A DNA stretch of 64,000 bases from a virus, in IMG/VR virus record IMGVR_UViG_3300029258_001887, one strand, 5' to 3'. A model generated the notes under the pieces. It saw only the letters and a list, made by a program, of their open reading frames with translations. It did not search any database and was not told the DNA's origin. The position numbers and the translations under genes were made by a program. This document shows, in pieces, positions 46,779 through 57,373 of this stretch (positions are counted from its first letter, which is position 1; the number at the start of each line of letters is the position of its first letter).

Positions 46779-48926
46779 ATGGCAGCGAAGAAAACGGGTA
46801 CCAGAAAACCAAAGGCTCCAACCAAGGGGCAATTGTACACCCACGGTACCAAAAGTGTTACAGAGCACGTTTTGCCAGAAACATGCCACATGACGCATGG
46901 ATTGCCGCACAGGACTCTGGCCTCGGATGTCAACCTCCGCACAGGACACAATCGCCACAACTACGATACACATCGCCCGAACGATAAACTCCCGACTGAA
47001 CATGCCGAAATCATCCGAGCCTGTCAGGCTGTGTACCGCAAGGTCGGGATGGTTCGCAATATTATTGATTTGATGACAGACTTTGCCGCTGAGGGTCTTG
47101 AATTACAACACACCACTAAGACGCAAGAGAGATTCTTCCGAGAATGGGCCAGACGTGTGAATCTCCAAAGTCGTGCTCACGACTTCATGAAACTTCTCAT
47201 GCGAGACGCCAATGTGGTCGTTCGCCGTAAGAATGCATTTATTACCAAGCCTGCCATGAAAGAGATGACCAAGGGGGATGTGACTGGCCTCAATACATTA
47301 GATGAAACGAAGGTAGCCGATCCTCCAGAGAAGGTCAAGACGACCAAGAAGAAAACAAATCGACGCGAAATCCCTTGGCGATATACATTCCTGTCTCCCG
47401 TCGTGATCGAAAAGATCGGTGGCGAAGTCGGTCGCTTTTTTGGTTCCGACGCACTGGGGATGAGGATTCCTCACAACCTCGCCAATGCTATCAAGAGACC
47501 GAAGACAGATGCAGAGAAGGCTTTTGTTGCCAAGCTACCACCCGAAGTAGTCAAGGCAGCTAAGAAGAGTGGCACCTTGGTTGCGCTGGATATGGACAAA
47601 ATATACGTTGACTACTACAAGAAGGACGACTGGGAAGATTGGGGTACCCCATTCCTGTATGGCGTTCTTGAAGACGTGATGTTCAAAGAGAAGATGCGCC
47701 TGGCAGATATGGCAGCGTTGGATGGTGTGATCAACGTCATTCGTCTGTGGAAGCTGGGCAAGTCCGACCAGCAAATCCTTCCAACGGCAGCAGCCGTAGA
47801 TAAGTTGATCGATATCCTACAGCACAATACTGGCGGCGGGGTCATGGACCTTGTGTGGGACGACATGATCGATCTTCACGTAGAGTATCCGCCGACAGAC
47901 AAGATTCTGGGTGCAGAAAAATACGCTGGCGTAAATGCAGACATTGTTCGTGGCCTGGGTATTCCCGACTCACTGGTGGGTGGGCAAGACCTTGGGACAC
48001 GTAACGCACAATCGGCCTTTGTCCAATTGAAGACCCTTGTGGAGCGACTTGAATACGTCCGCAGTCGCGCCATCCGCTGGATGGAAGGTGAACTACGTCT
48101 CGTCGCTGACGCTATGGGCTTCAAGAGGATTCCGGCGATTAGCTTTGGCGTCATGTCGTTGCGAGACGAAGCAGCAGAGAAGCAGTTGATGATCCAACTA
48201 CTCGATCGTGGCATCATTTCGTCCGAGAAGGCTACGGAAGTTTTCGGTGTCAATTACATGATCGAGCTTGAGCGGATCAAGTCTGAGCAGAAGATCAGAG
48301 AGGACAACCCAGGTGTGCTAGAGAAGTCCAATCCGTACAACCGTCCGTTCTCTACCATGGAGAAGCAGAACGAATTGGCCATTCAGCTTGAGAAGGTTAA
48401 ACTGGGCTATCGCCGGGATACAACGCTGCCCGATCATCCAGGTGACGACAATGGTGGTGGAGATAATCCCAGTGGTGATCAGCCGAGCGACGAAGGCAAT
48501 AACTCACCAGGACGGCCACCGGCCACCAAGGATACATCGCCGAGAGACGAACGGACTCCGAAAACGCTGTCTGTCCTCAATGTCGTGGCAGAGGGACTGA
48601 TGGATCGTATCGATAATCTGGTGGATGATACCTACCTAGAACAGCACAGCGTTAAGAATATGCGGTCTCTGACTAAGGCTCAGCGTGCCGAGCTAGAGCG
48701 TACCAAGCGTGGCATCTTGTCGGTCTTGCGTCCAGGGGACACTGTGACGAAGGGACTGATTGCCGAAAGGCTTGGCGGGGCAGGGAAGGGTGCTCGTCGC
48801 ATGGAAGCTTGTTTTTGTGATTTGGTTGCCGATTTCACTCTGTCAACCCAGAAGGCACCTACAGCTAAGGAACGAAGAATGTTAGCGTCCTTAGCCTGGG
48901 CCACTGTGTTGTCAACAGGAGACTAG
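46779..48926 (+). CDS. portal protein
   Basis: Follows TerL; VRNIIDLMTDF, KKDDWEDWGTP, acidic/Pro-rich tail. Confidence 0.85.
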   Translation: MAAKKTGTRKPKAPTKGQLYTHGTKSVTEHVLPETCHMTHGLPHRTLASDVNLRTGHNRHNYDTHRPNDKLPTEHAEIIRACQAVYRKVGMVRNIIDLMTDFAAEGLELQHTTKTQERFFREWARRVNLQSRAHDFMKLLMRDANVVVRRKNAFITKPAMKEMTKGDVTGLNTLDETKVADPPEKVKTTKKKTNRREIPWRYTFLSPVVIEKIGGEVGRFFGSDALGMRIPHNLANAIKRPKTDAEKAFVAKLPPEVVKAAKKSGTLVALDMDKIYVDYYKKDDWEDWGTPFLYGVLEDVMFKEKMRLADMAALDGVINVIRLWKLGKSDQQILPTAAAVDKLIDILQHNTGGGVMDLVWDDMIDLHVEYPPTDKILGAEKYAGVNADIVRGLGIPDSLVGGQDLGTRNAQSAFVQLKTLVERLEYVRSRAIRWMEGELRLVADAMGFKRIPAISFGVMSLRDEAAEKQLMIQLLDRGIISSEKATEVFGVNYMIELERIKSEQKIREDNPGVLEKSNPYNRPFSTMEKQNELAIQLEKVKLGYRRDTTLPDHPGDDNGGGDNPSGDQPSDEGNNSPGRPPATKDTSPRDERTPKTLSVLNVVAEGLMDRIDNLVDDTYLEQHSVKNMRSLTKAQRAELERTKRGILSVLRPGDTVTKGLIAERLGGAGKGARRMEACFCDLVADFTLSTQKAPTAKERRMLASLAWATVLSTGD

Positions 48927-48928
48927 GT

Positions 48929-49585
48929 ATGGTGGAAGCACCGCCTTTTGAATTTGATCGTTGTGATACGTACATGTATTTCGCGTCCAACATGTTACCA
49001 GATGATCCTGTTATTGTAGAGGTGGGATCGATACATGGCGCACATGGTATCAAATTGTGTAAAAAGTTCAATAACGCACTAACCATGATCGCATACGAAG
49101 CGGGGCAGGAGAATAATGCGAGCCTAGTTGCTGGCATTGCCAAAGCTGGTGCTCCAATTGTTGCCCATCGTGCGGTTGTGACTGGTTCTGATGGCATTGC
49201 TGAGTTCTATGAGTTCGTTGAGGAATCTTCGAACAGTATCTATCCCAGGCATCAGGGAGAAGGTCGTCGGCTGCGGAGAACAAGTAATATCCGGTCTGTC
49301 AGTCTCAATACGATCATTGAGGAAAATGACTGCTCGCGTATCGATCTGTTGTTCCTAAACTGCGAGGGCGCTGAGATCGGGATACTCAAAGAAGTGCTGC
49401 GCAGACCTGAGCTACGCGACAGGCTGGGTCAGCTTTGTGTTTCTTTTCACGGTGGTCGCATCTATCCACAACAGGAAACCGAAGAGATGGTGCGAAGGAT
49501 GTCTGAATTTTTCTGGGTGGTAGAGGAACAAAACGATTGGCCTTGCCATCTATTTGTGAACAAGGGTCTCGAACCTGGGAGGTAG
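48929..49585 (+). CDS. FkbM-family SAM methyltransferase
   Basis: IVEVGS..G, YEA, IDLLFLNCEGAE..IL, QLCVSFH. Confidence 0.8.
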   Translation: MVEAPPFEFDRCDTYMYFASNMLPDDPVIVEVGSIHGAHGIKLCKKFNNALTMIAYEAGQENNASLVAGIAKAGAPIVAHRAVVTGSDGIAEFYEFVEESSNSIYPRHQGEGRRLRRTSNIRSVSLNTIIEENDCSRIDLLFLNCEGAEIGILKEVLRRPELRDRLGQLCVSFHGGRIYPQQETEEMVRRMSEFFWVVEEQNDWPCHLFVNKGLEPGR

Positions 49586-49587
49586 TC

Positions 49588-49917
49588 ATGGCTGTTGTGA
49601 ACGTTTCACTGGATACGTCGAGTCGGCAGGCAGTTCTTACTGTCAACGGCGTCCTGGTTCCGGCGAATGATATTTTCGTCGAGAAGTACATCTACGACGG
49701 TGAGGAATTCGTGAGGTTTGGTTATACCATCGAAAGCACCAACCCTGATGGCATGAAAGAAAGACGGCAGTTCTATCTTCCGTCTCCAGAAGAGCTTGCC
49801 ACGGAAGCACACGCTGGGCTTAACGAGGAAGGATTCGCGTCCAAGATTCTTCACGATGACGAAAAGGCTAAGGCTGATGTGATTGATTTCCTCAAGCGTG
49901 ACCGTGCGAATGGCTAA
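49588..49917 (+). CDS. hypothetical protein
   Basis: GGAGG RBS. Confidence 0.6.
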   Translation: MAVVNVSLDTSSRQAVLTVNGVLVPANDIFVEKYIYDGEEFVRFGYTIESTNPDGMKERRQFYLPSPEELATEAHAGLNEEGFASKILHDDEKAKADVIDFLKRDRANG

Positions 49918-50156
49918 TCGCCAGTATCTTAAATGGAAGCCTCATGAGGTATCATTCCTCCGGGAGCATTATGGCCCAGAGGGTGTTCAGTTCTGCGTAT
50001 AATGAGACAGGGATTCATATCGACCATATTATTCCGTTAGCGTCGGCAGAGTCGGAGTCTGATATCTGGGAATTGTTCAATTTATCAAATCTGTCTTTAT
50101 TATGTCCGTCCTGCAACTGCCGTAAACGGGATAGTATTCATGAAAGGTCTTTTTAG
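49910..50156 (+). pseudogene. internally deleted HNH endonuclease
   Basis: N-terminus MANRQYLKWKPHEVSFLREHY..* joined out of frame to IDHIIPL..NLSLLCPSCN; both halves resemble 43403-44095. Confidence 0.7.
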
Positions 50157-50213
50157 TGGGGTGAGTATCGTGTACTTTCGATCGATGGTTGTGTATAAGC
50201 CATATGACGGGAG

Positions 50214-51740
50214 GTGCTCGTGCGCGTTTATCAAGCTGAAAAAGATGCTGGAATCAATTTCCAGATAAACAAAGCCGGAAGTTCTTCTGCATTTGTCACG
50301 GCACAAGTTCAGGTAGGCGATATCGAGAAATATTTCGATGGCATGTCTGTCGCCGATCTGATGAGATCAACTTCTACTGTACAAAGTGTCGAAGAGCTTC
50401 TCGGTCAGGAACAACCCGATTTGGCCCTCGTTGTTGCGATTTTGGTCAGCACTGGCTGGAATTTGAACGATGATGTTTTCACACCCGAAGAGGTATGGAA
50501 GGCTCGGTCGTCGCCGCTCCACAAACCCATGAACGACAATCACCAAGCCGATAAAATTCTTGGGCATATCGTACAGACCAGGGCATTGGACAAGTTCGGG
50601 ACAGAGATCGACGTAGCCGAAGGTGAGGCACCACCGACCGAATTCGATATCGAAGTGGCTGGTGTCCTATATCGGGCGTTCCCAGAGCTATCGGATCGAA
50701 TCGATGAGATTATTACCAAAGCCAAGGCTGGCGAGATGTTCGTTTCGATGGAGGCTTGGTTCCCCGATTTCGGTTACGGCCTAGTAGACCCCGCAACTGG
50801 TGAGACCAAGCTGATCGATCGGACTGAGGAAACCGCATTCCTTACCAAGCATCTGAGGATTTACGGTGGCAGCGGGGAGTACCAGGGATACAAGGTCGGT
50901 CGAGTATTGAAGGATATCATTTTCGGTGCGCAGGGGTTTGTTGACACCCCAGCGAATCCCGAATCGGTGATTAAGGTGGCGGCGAATCAAGTAGCCGCTT
51001 CGCGGAGTTTTGTAACTGCTGAATTGAGTGACTTGTCGGAAGGGGGTGTAGAAGACGTGGACGAAAAACAATTGCAGGAACTTCAGGCAAAGCTTGAAGA
51101 GGTTCAGGCGAGCCTAGAGAGCAAGGAAAAGGAGGTCGCTGAGTTGCAGAAGGCAGCGGAAGATGTTCAGGCCAAGGATTATGAGGGGCAGATTGCTGCT
51201 CTGAATACCAAGGTCGAGGAACTGACTGCCGGTGTGACGGAGGCGTCTGAGAAGGTGGAAGCTGTCGAGGCTGAGAAGGCTGAGCTTCAGAAGCAACTCG
51301 ATGAGGTAACAGAGCGTGCCGAGAAGAGCGCTGCGGAACTCGATGAAATCCGCAAGAACGAAGCGGCTCGTGAGCGCCTGGCGAAGCTATCGGAAGTTAA
51401 GAAGGTCGAGGACGAAGAGGCGACATTGGCCGAACTTCGTGACATGACCGAAGAGACGTTCGAAGTGGTTCTGAAGTATGCCGGTGAGGCAAAGGTCGAA
51501 GAGGTCGCGAGCGAAGAGCCGGAAGAGAAGGCTGACGCTACAGAGACCAAGGCCGAGACGGACGATGGTGAGAAGGAAGCAGAGCAAGCGGAGGCTGCTC
51601 TGAACGACGTGGAAGAGAACGACGACAGTCCTGATTTCAACGCTACGGAGGATGCGGAGAAGTCGGAGGCTGATCAATGGTTGTCAGTGGCAGGCGCGCT
51701 ATGTGGGCGCGAAGACGATAAAGACGAAGGGGGTGAATAG
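50214..51740 (+). CDS. prohead protease/scaffold fusion
   Basis: NLNDDVF, H..ILGH, VSMEAWF, GFVDTPANPES, then a long acidic coiled coil. Confidence 0.8.
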   Translation: MLVRVYQAEKDAGINFQINKAGSSSAFVTAQVQVGDIEKYFDGMSVADLMRSTSTVQSVEELLGQEQPDLALVVAILVSTGWNLNDDVFTPEEVWKARSSPLHKPMNDNHQADKILGHIVQTRALDKFGTEIDVAEGEAPPTEFDIEVAGVLYRAFPELSDRIDEIITKAKAGEMFVSMEAWFPDFGYGLVDPATGETKLIDRTEETAFLTKHLRIYGGSGEYQGYKVGRVLKDIIFGAQGFVDTPANPESVIKVAANQVAASRSFVTAELSDLSEGGVEDVDEKQLQELQAKLEEVQASLESKEKEVAELQKAAEDVQAKDYEGQIAALNTKVEELTAGVTEASEKVEAVEAEKAELQKQLDEVTERAEKSAAELDEIRKNEAARERLAKLSEVKKVEDEEATLAELRDMTEETFEVVLKYAGEAKVEEVASEEPEEKADATETKAETDDGEKEAEQAEAALNDVEENDDSPDFNATEDAEKSEADQWLSVAGALCGREDDKDEGGE

Positions 51741-51742
51741 GG

Positions 51743-52222
51743 ATGGCTTTGAAACCAGATCGTGAGTACAACGAGGTTACCGACATTACCAACTTCTGGA
51801 CTACGGTCGCTGCGGAAAAGGGTGGAGTTGCTAGCGTGGTTACGCAAGGTTCGGGTGCTGCGCTTGGTGTTAACATCACCGACGAACCGAACGTTGTTGG
51901 CTACGTAGCAGACCCCTCAGGCGCGATTGCCAAGGGTGTATTGCTCCAAACGGTAGCAGCGGCTATGAGTGCAACCAGGGATTTCCGAAACTACGAGAAT
52001 GGAGAGATTCGTCCTGGGGAGAAGTGTACTCTAGTCAAGAAGGGGTTCGTAGTGACAGATATGATCGCGTCAGGCGTGACACCGACTGCTGGGGCTGCTG
52101 CATATCTGGCTGCGAGTGGTTACATCAGTTCAGTGCAAGCCGGTGGTGCTCCGCAGATTGGTCGTTTCGAGACGACTAAGGATGCGAATGGCTTTGCGCG
52201 GGTCTCGATTGACATTACATAA
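51743..52222 (+). CDS. head decoration/cement protein
   Basis: Small Gly/Ala-rich gene between scaffold and MCP. Confidence 0.65.
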   Translation: MALKPDREYNEVTDITNFWTTVAAEKGGVASVVTQGSGAALGVNITDEPNVVGYVADPSGAIAKGVLLQTVAAAMSATRDFRNYENGEIRPGEKCTLVKKGFVVTDMIASGVTPTAGAAAYLAASGYISSVQAGGAPQIGRFETTKDANGFARVSIDIT

Positions 52223-52236
52223 GGGGGTGAAGAAGA

Positions 52237-53262
52237 ATGAAGCGTAACATCAGAAAACCAACACCTGAGCAGGTTGAACTTCTACGGCGCACTGGATCGG
52301 CAAACAAGGCCGAGGCCCTAGAGGCGATGCATTCTCTCGCTCAGGCTCTACAAGTTCCTCTACGTTCAGCGCTGCTTGATGGCGACATTTTGGGCGGAAT
52401 CTTCGCACCCGAAGTTCTGGACCCAAGTGCAACTGCCGAGTATCCGCTGGATTTCTACCAGACTGCACAGGAAAGTGACTACGTGGCGTATATGATCCCA
52501 TCCGAGGGTGCTTTGCCACAGCGTACCATCACGGGTGACGCGGTGACAATCAACACCTACGACGTGGGTAACGCGATTGACTGGCCGCTGAAGTATTCGA
52601 CATCTGCACGTTGGAACATCGTTGCTCGTGCGATGGAGGTACTGGAGGCCGGTTTCGTGAAGAAGATGAACACGGATGGTTGGCGTGTCATCATCGCGGC
52701 TGGTGCAGGGCGCACCGACTACGCTGGCGGGGCTCCGCTGGTGTACGATAGTGCGGCAACTGCTGGTCAGTTCACGAAGCGTCTCGTGTCTCTGATGAAG
52801 ACGACTATGACTCGTCTTGCTGGTGGCAACAGTGCAACGGCCAATCGCGGTCGTCTGACTGACCTGTTCATCAGTCCAGAGGCTCTGGAGGACATTCGTG
52901 AGTGGGATAGTGATGAGGTTGATGACCTGACTCGTCGGGAAATCTTCACCGCTGGTGACGATGGTGGCCCGATGGCTCGCATCTACGGCGTCAATCTGCA
53001 TCCGCTGGACGAGCTTGGCGTGGGCCAGGAGTTCCAGACGTACTTCGCAACGCTGGGTGTCAGCATGGGCACTGGCGATGAGGAAATCGTCGTGGGTCTC
53101 GACCTGTCGCACGGCGACTCGTTTGTGATGCCGATCAAGCGTGAACTGGCAATCTTCGAGGACGACATGCTTCACAGGAGACAGAAAGCGGGATTTTACG
53201 GCTGGCAAGAACATGGTTTCGCGGCTCTCGATGGAAGGCGCGTCCTCTTAGGATCGTTTTAG
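52237..53262 (+). CDS. major capsid protein
   Basis: 341 aa; position; followed by a strong terminator. Confidence 0.85.
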   Translation: MKRNIRKPTPEQVELLRRTGSANKAEALEAMHSLAQALQVPLRSALLDGDILGGIFAPEVLDPSATAEYPLDFYQTAQESDYVAYMIPSEGALPQRTITGDAVTINTYDVGNAIDWPLKYSTSARWNIVARAMEVLEAGFVKKMNTDGWRVIIAAGAGRTDYAGGAPLVYDSAATAGQFTKRLVSLMKTTMTRLAGGNSATANRGRLTDLFISPEALEDIREWDSDEVDDLTRREIFTAGDDGGPMARIYGVNLHPLDELGVGQEFQTYFATLGVSMGTGDEEIVVGLDLSHGDSFVMPIKRELAIFEDDMLHRRQKAGFYGWQEHGFAALDGRRVLLGSF

Positions 53263-53283
53263 GCTGTTTCTAACAGCAAATAT

Positions 53284-53312
53284 GGGGCTGGCAATTTGTC
53301 AGCCCCTTTTTT
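53284..53312 (+). terminator. rho-independent terminator
   Basis: GGGGCTGGCA-attt-GTCAGCCCC followed by TTTTTT. Confidence 0.85.
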
Positions 53313-53340
53313 ATTGGGACCAAGAAAATATTTTTTTCTA

Positions 53341-53369
53341 CGAACAGAACAGTCGTTTCGACGTATAAT
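53341..53369 (+). promoter_or_regulatory. CGAACA-N17-TATAAT promoter
   Basis: Third copy of this architecture. Confidence 0.6.
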
Positions 53370-53390
53370 AGTATAGAAGGAGATTGAGCT

Positions 53391-54644
53391 ATGGCGAAGA
53401 AACAGATAGATGTCGAATTGGCGACAAGACTGTATCGGGATGAAGGTAAATCAAGTACAGAAGTTGCGAAGATTGTCGGCTGTGCTGTTCAAACGTTGAT
53501 CAATCGATTAAGAGATAATGGCGTAGAGATACGTGGTCTTGGTGGCTTGAGGAGTAAGGTAGATGACGAAACTATCCGATGTGAATATGAAGACCTTCAT
53601 ATGTCTACTACCGAGATAGCCGAAAAACATGGAATGAACGCATCATCAGTATGGGAAAGATTATCAAAGAACGGTGTCAAAATGAGGGACAGAAAAACAG
53701 AAGCAGCAAAAGCAATTCGCAAAATTTCGGTGTCAGAACATAAAACCATCTGCGATCGCTATCGAACTAACAAAAGCGAAAGCTGTGCAGATATTGCCAA
53801 GGATTATGGGGTGTGTAATGGCACGATAGCTACTATCTTGAAAACAAACGGCATTACCCCAGAGCATGAGGGTGCTAGAGTCAAGTCCTACAAGGGTGGA
53901 ATTACCAGGCTCCACGATAGAATTCGCCATTGTGAAAAGGCCGAATTTTGGCGCAGGGCATGTATGGAGAGAGACGATTACAAATGCAGAGTTACCGGGG
54001 AGACTGGGAAATTGGAGGTGCACCATTATCCCGCTAGTTTTTCCAAGATTTTCAACGCATTTCTCAAGGAACATGCGGGACTTAATCCTATCGATGATTA
54101 TGACAAATTGTTTGAACTTGCCCAGTCATTCGGGCAGTTTTGGGACATTGATAATGGGATGACGGTAACAGCCGATATGCATAAGAGATTGCATATGCAC
54201 AATGGTATTAAAGATGAGGAATTATTGGCTTTGCATGATCAGGGATGGTCGTGTCAACGGATTTCCAAGCATTTTGGCAAGTCGCTATCTTTTGTCCGTG
54301 CTAGGTTTCTGGCGATAGGTGAGGCCAGGAGAAGCACCAGTTTCTACAACAAGGAAAGATTCGAGATTCCCGAGGAAACCAAATCTGGCGTTTTGGAAGC
54401 ATATATTCGCGGAGAAACGACTAGGATGATATGTAATAGATATGGGGTTGCAAGTAGTACTTTATATAAGATACTGCGAGAGAATAACATAACGCCCGGC
54501 AATAGGAAGAAGTCTGTTGAAAGCAAGGCGAGACAAGAAAGAGACAGGGTGATCCAGTTGAATAAGGCTGGGGTTACGATTCCCGAATTGGCCAGAATGT
54601 ATGAAGTCAGTGAGACTACTATTAGAAACGTCATGAAAGAGTAA
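53391..54644 (+). CDS. multi-HTH protein with central HNH domain (homing endonuclease-like)
   Basis: About six HTH repeats; WRRACMERDDYKC..LEVHH..NGMT..H. Confidence 0.75.
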   Translation: MAKKQIDVELATRLYRDEGKSSTEVAKIVGCAVQTLINRLRDNGVEIRGLGGLRSKVDDETIRCEYEDLHMSTTEIAEKHGMNASSVWERLSKNGVKMRDRKTEAAKAIRKISVSEHKTICDRYRTNKSESCADIAKDYGVCNGTIATILKTNGITPEHEGARVKSYKGGITRLHDRIRHCEKAEFWRRACMERDDYKCRVTGETGKLEVHHYPASFSKIFNAFLKEHAGLNPIDDYDKLFELAQSFGQFWDIDNGMTVTADMHKRLHMHNGIKDEELLALHDQGWSCQRISKHFGKSLSFVRARFLAIGEARRSTSFYNKERFEIPEETKSGVLEAYIRGETTRMICNRYGVASSTLYKILRENNITPGNRKKSVESKARQERDRVIQLNKAGVTIPELARMYEVSETTIRNVMKE

Positions 54645-54680
54645 AACCGACACAATAATTCCTGCCGAAGCATCCCACTG

Positions 54681-54708
54681 CCCGCCATCCTGGCGGGTTT
54701 TTTCTTTT
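54681..54708 (+). terminator. rho-independent terminator
   Basis: CCCGCCA-tcc-TGGCGGG followed by a T run. Confidence 0.8.
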
Positions 54709-54766
54709 CCCCCCCCTTGGTGTATAATCTAATAGCTGGTGAAAGGTCTTTTTTCCTGGAGGTACT

Positions 54767-55153
54767 ATGTCTCTGCCCGACGCAACAGTAACAGATTTGT
54801 ACTCGCAGGGGAAAAGCTGTGCCGAAGTAGCCCGCTTGGATGGATGTAGCGAAACAGCCATGTATAATAGGCTAAAAGCACTTGGTGTCACGATGCGGAG
54901 TCGGTCGAAAGCGAATCAGATTTTTCCCGACTCCATTTTTATAGCCCTCTACAACCTGGGTCTCTCGGCTTCCCAGATCGGACGACTCCTGGGCGTCGAT
55001 TCCTCCACCGTGACAAAACGGCTGCACACGATCAAGTTCCCTTTGCGGTCTCGCGGCGTAGCCTGTCGGATTCGCTACAGTGAGAAAGAGTTTCAACGAC
55101 ATTTCATGGTACCGGACGTTCTGGATCGCCTGATGGAATTGGTGAGTGAATAA
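54767..55153 (+). CDS. tandem HTH protein
   Basis: Two HTH repeats; GGTGTATAAT at 54719. Confidence 0.65.
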   Translation: MSLPDATVTDLYSQGKSCAEVARLDGCSETAMYNRLKALGVTMRSRSKANQIFPDSIFIALYNLGLSASQIGRLLGVDSSTVTKRLHTIKFPLRSRGVACRIRYSEKEFQRHFMVPDVLDRLMELVSE

Positions 55154-55253
55154 TGCCTGCGATGTTGTTGCATACGATTGGTGGTCATCAGATAATGGTT
55201 AGTTTTTGGAGCCCCGACGCTTGGGGCAAACGTGTAAAGTAAGGAGGGTTGAA

Positions 55254-55601
55254 ATGGCTCTTATTGGACAGACAATTGCTGAGTTTGATTTCTTTCCAGA
55301 TTCGCCACCGGCCATCGTAGGCGAACTGGTAACGGGTCAAACGGTTAACATCGAACTCTGGGAGGATGGTACACCTGTTTCCATTACGGCGAGTGGGTGT
55401 AGTGAGATCAATAGCACCGGACGGTATAGCTGGTCTACGAGTGGGCTTCCTACCCTGACGGCCAGTCGCCAGCAGTTTCACTGGCGGATGTCAGACGGGA
55501 CTAATACTGATGAAGGTGATTTTGTGTTGATTTCTCATGAAAACCGAGATGGTGGGATGCCGTCACTCAACGACAAGAGTTCCTACATTAAGCAGATATA
55601 A
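55254..55601 (+). CDS. virion protein made mostly of the shared 'SGC' domain
   Basis: VNIELWE..ASGCSEI..YSWST..LP..WRM. Confidence 0.6.
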   Translation: MALIGQTIAEFDFFPDSPPAIVGELVTGQTVNIELWEDGTPVSITASGCSEINSTGRYSWSTSGLPTLTASRQQFHWRMSDGTNTDEGDFVLISHENRDGGMPSLNDKSSYIKQI

Positions 55602-55613
55602 GGGGAGGCTGAA

Positions 55614-56831
55614 ATGGCTACACCTTGTCCGCAGCAGACAATTTACTGGAGCGAAGCTGGTGCTCTGAAGATTAGAGCATCTGGCGTTGGTGATGTATCT
55701 GTCATCGATATTATGACATCAGGTTTGAGTCAGCCCCTTGGTATTGCTGTCGATGTTGTTGCCGAGAAGGTGTATTATGTAGATTATGGCAATAATAATA
55801 TCAAGAGAGTAAACCTGGATGGGTCTAACGAAGAGACTCTGGTTACGGGTCTGAACAATCCACGATGTATAGCAATAGACAATGACGGTGATAAAATATA
55901 CTGGACAGACGACGGAAACAATCTTGTGCAACGTGCTACACTGGCTGGGTCTGGTATCGAGAACATCGCCAGTGGTACCAATGCTTTTGGGTTAGCCTTG
56001 AATGTTCCTGCGGGGAAGGTTTATTGGACAGAAGCCAGCGCCACCGGCTCTTTGGTCCGAGCCAACCTCGATGGGAGCAATCAGGAGTTTTTGATTTCTG
56101 GGTCATTGTCGTACCCTAGGCCGATTGATATCGACATTGGCAATGGCTACCTGTATTTCACCAACTACTACGGACCACCACACAATACCTCCGCTCTTTT
56201 GCGGACCGATCTCGAAGGGAGCGGCCTGACAACAATCGTGGCATCTGGCACTTACCTTTGGTCAACGTATGGTATAGCTATAGACTCCGACAATGGACAT
56301 ATATACTATGCGGATTATCATAACAGCCGAGACGATATTTCGAGAACAAATTTGCTTGGTAGTGGCTTCGAGGTTGTCATTTCTGGCCTCAATAATCCTC
56401 GTGGTGTGGATGTCATTACTGGCCCTGGTACAACTATAGATTTGTTCCTGACCGGTTCTTCAGCGGTTCCCGCTTCATCCGGGACGCCGTTGAGAGTTAT
56501 TCACAGACTTACCAAAACACAGGATTACAATCCTCAGCTAATGGGGACGTTCCAAATACCACCAGCAACAGTCAATATCCAAGTGTGGGATGTCGGCGAT
56601 GGGCAAAATACAGAGGTTCCTATCACAACCAGTGGTTGCTATCAGATTGGTGACACTAACAAGTGGGCATGGTCAACGCAATATCTGCCGTTCCTTGGAT
56701 ACAACAAGAAATATCACCATTACTTTAGGATGACTTCGAATGAGGGAGAAATGCAGCACGGCGAGTTTTTGATTACTGTGCCGGAACGTGGGCGTTGGTC
56801 GTATCCCGACAGAGGAAAGGCTTGGGTGTAG
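55614..56831 (+). CDS. virion protein with YWTD (LDL-receptor class B) beta-propeller and C-terminal 'SGC' domain
   Basis: IYWSE, VYYVD, IYWTD, VYWTE, LYFTN, IYYAD repeats. Confidence 0.8.
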   Translation: MATPCPQQTIYWSEAGALKIRASGVGDVSVIDIMTSGLSQPLGIAVDVVAEKVYYVDYGNNNIKRVNLDGSNEETLVTGLNNPRCIAIDNDGDKIYWTDDGNNLVQRATLAGSGIENIASGTNAFGLALNVPAGKVYWTEASATGSLVRANLDGSNQEFLISGSLSYPRPIDIDIGNGYLYFTNYYGPPHNTSALLRTDLEGSGLTTIVASGTYLWSTYGIAIDSDNGHIYYADYHNSRDDISRTNLLGSGFEVVISGLNNPRGVDVITGPGTTIDLFLTGSSAVPASSGTPLRVIHRLTKTQDYNPQLMGTFQIPPATVNIQVWDVGDGQNTEVPITTSGCYQIGDTNKWAWSTQYLPFLGYNKKYHHYFRMTSNEGEMQHGEFLITVPERGRWSYPDRGKAWV

Positions 56832-56833
56832 AG

Positions 56834-57373
56834 ATGGCTTGGGACACTGACTTAGTTTTGATGGTGAGAGTTCTGGTGAGCGATATTTCGACGCCCCAGA
56901 CTTATACCGATGAGTATCTTGAGCGGGTGCTGATCACCGCTGGGATCATGGTTGACGCCGAATTCCCGTTCAGCTACGACTACTCCTACGATATCAGTGC
57001 CCTGACTATTTCTCCCGATCCTACAACAAGTGAAGATAACATTTTTATGGCTTTGGTACCATTAAAGGCTGCATGTATTTTGACACAGGGTGAGTTCAAG
57101 CAGGCATTGGGTCAGGGTATTAAGGTTAGAGATGGAGACAGTGCTATTGATACAAGTGTTAGTTTTCGTGGGTATCGCGATATTTTAGAATTAGGACCAT
57201 GTAAGGCTTATGAAACATTGAAATGGTCTTTGTTGGCATCTGGCGAGGTGGGCAGGATTGGTAGAGCAGTTCTTGGACCATATCGTGCACCCGGTGGAAA
57301 TGCTCTGTCAACTGTTTCTTGGTATTACGATCAATTTGTTCTCAATAATATTGGTAGGAGGGATAGATCGTAA
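56834..57373 (+). CDS. putative head-tail connector protein
   Basis: VRVLVSD...YTDEYLE pattern and position. Confidence 0.55.
   Translation: MAWDTDLVLMVRVLVSDISTPQTYTDEYLERVLITAGIMVDAEFPFSYDYSYDISALTISPDPTTSEDNIFMALVPLKAACILTQGEFKQALGQGIKVRDGDSAIDTSVSFRGYRDILELGPCKAYETLKWSLLASGEVGRIGRAVLGPYRAPGGNALSTVSWYYDQFVLNNIGRRDRS

Noticed and set aside
1760-53262. Genome-wide TAG reassignment
   Set aside because: Many clear genes (ThiF, portal, scaffold, MCP followed by its terminator) end properly at TAG, and long genes are uninterrupted; only one internal TAG was found
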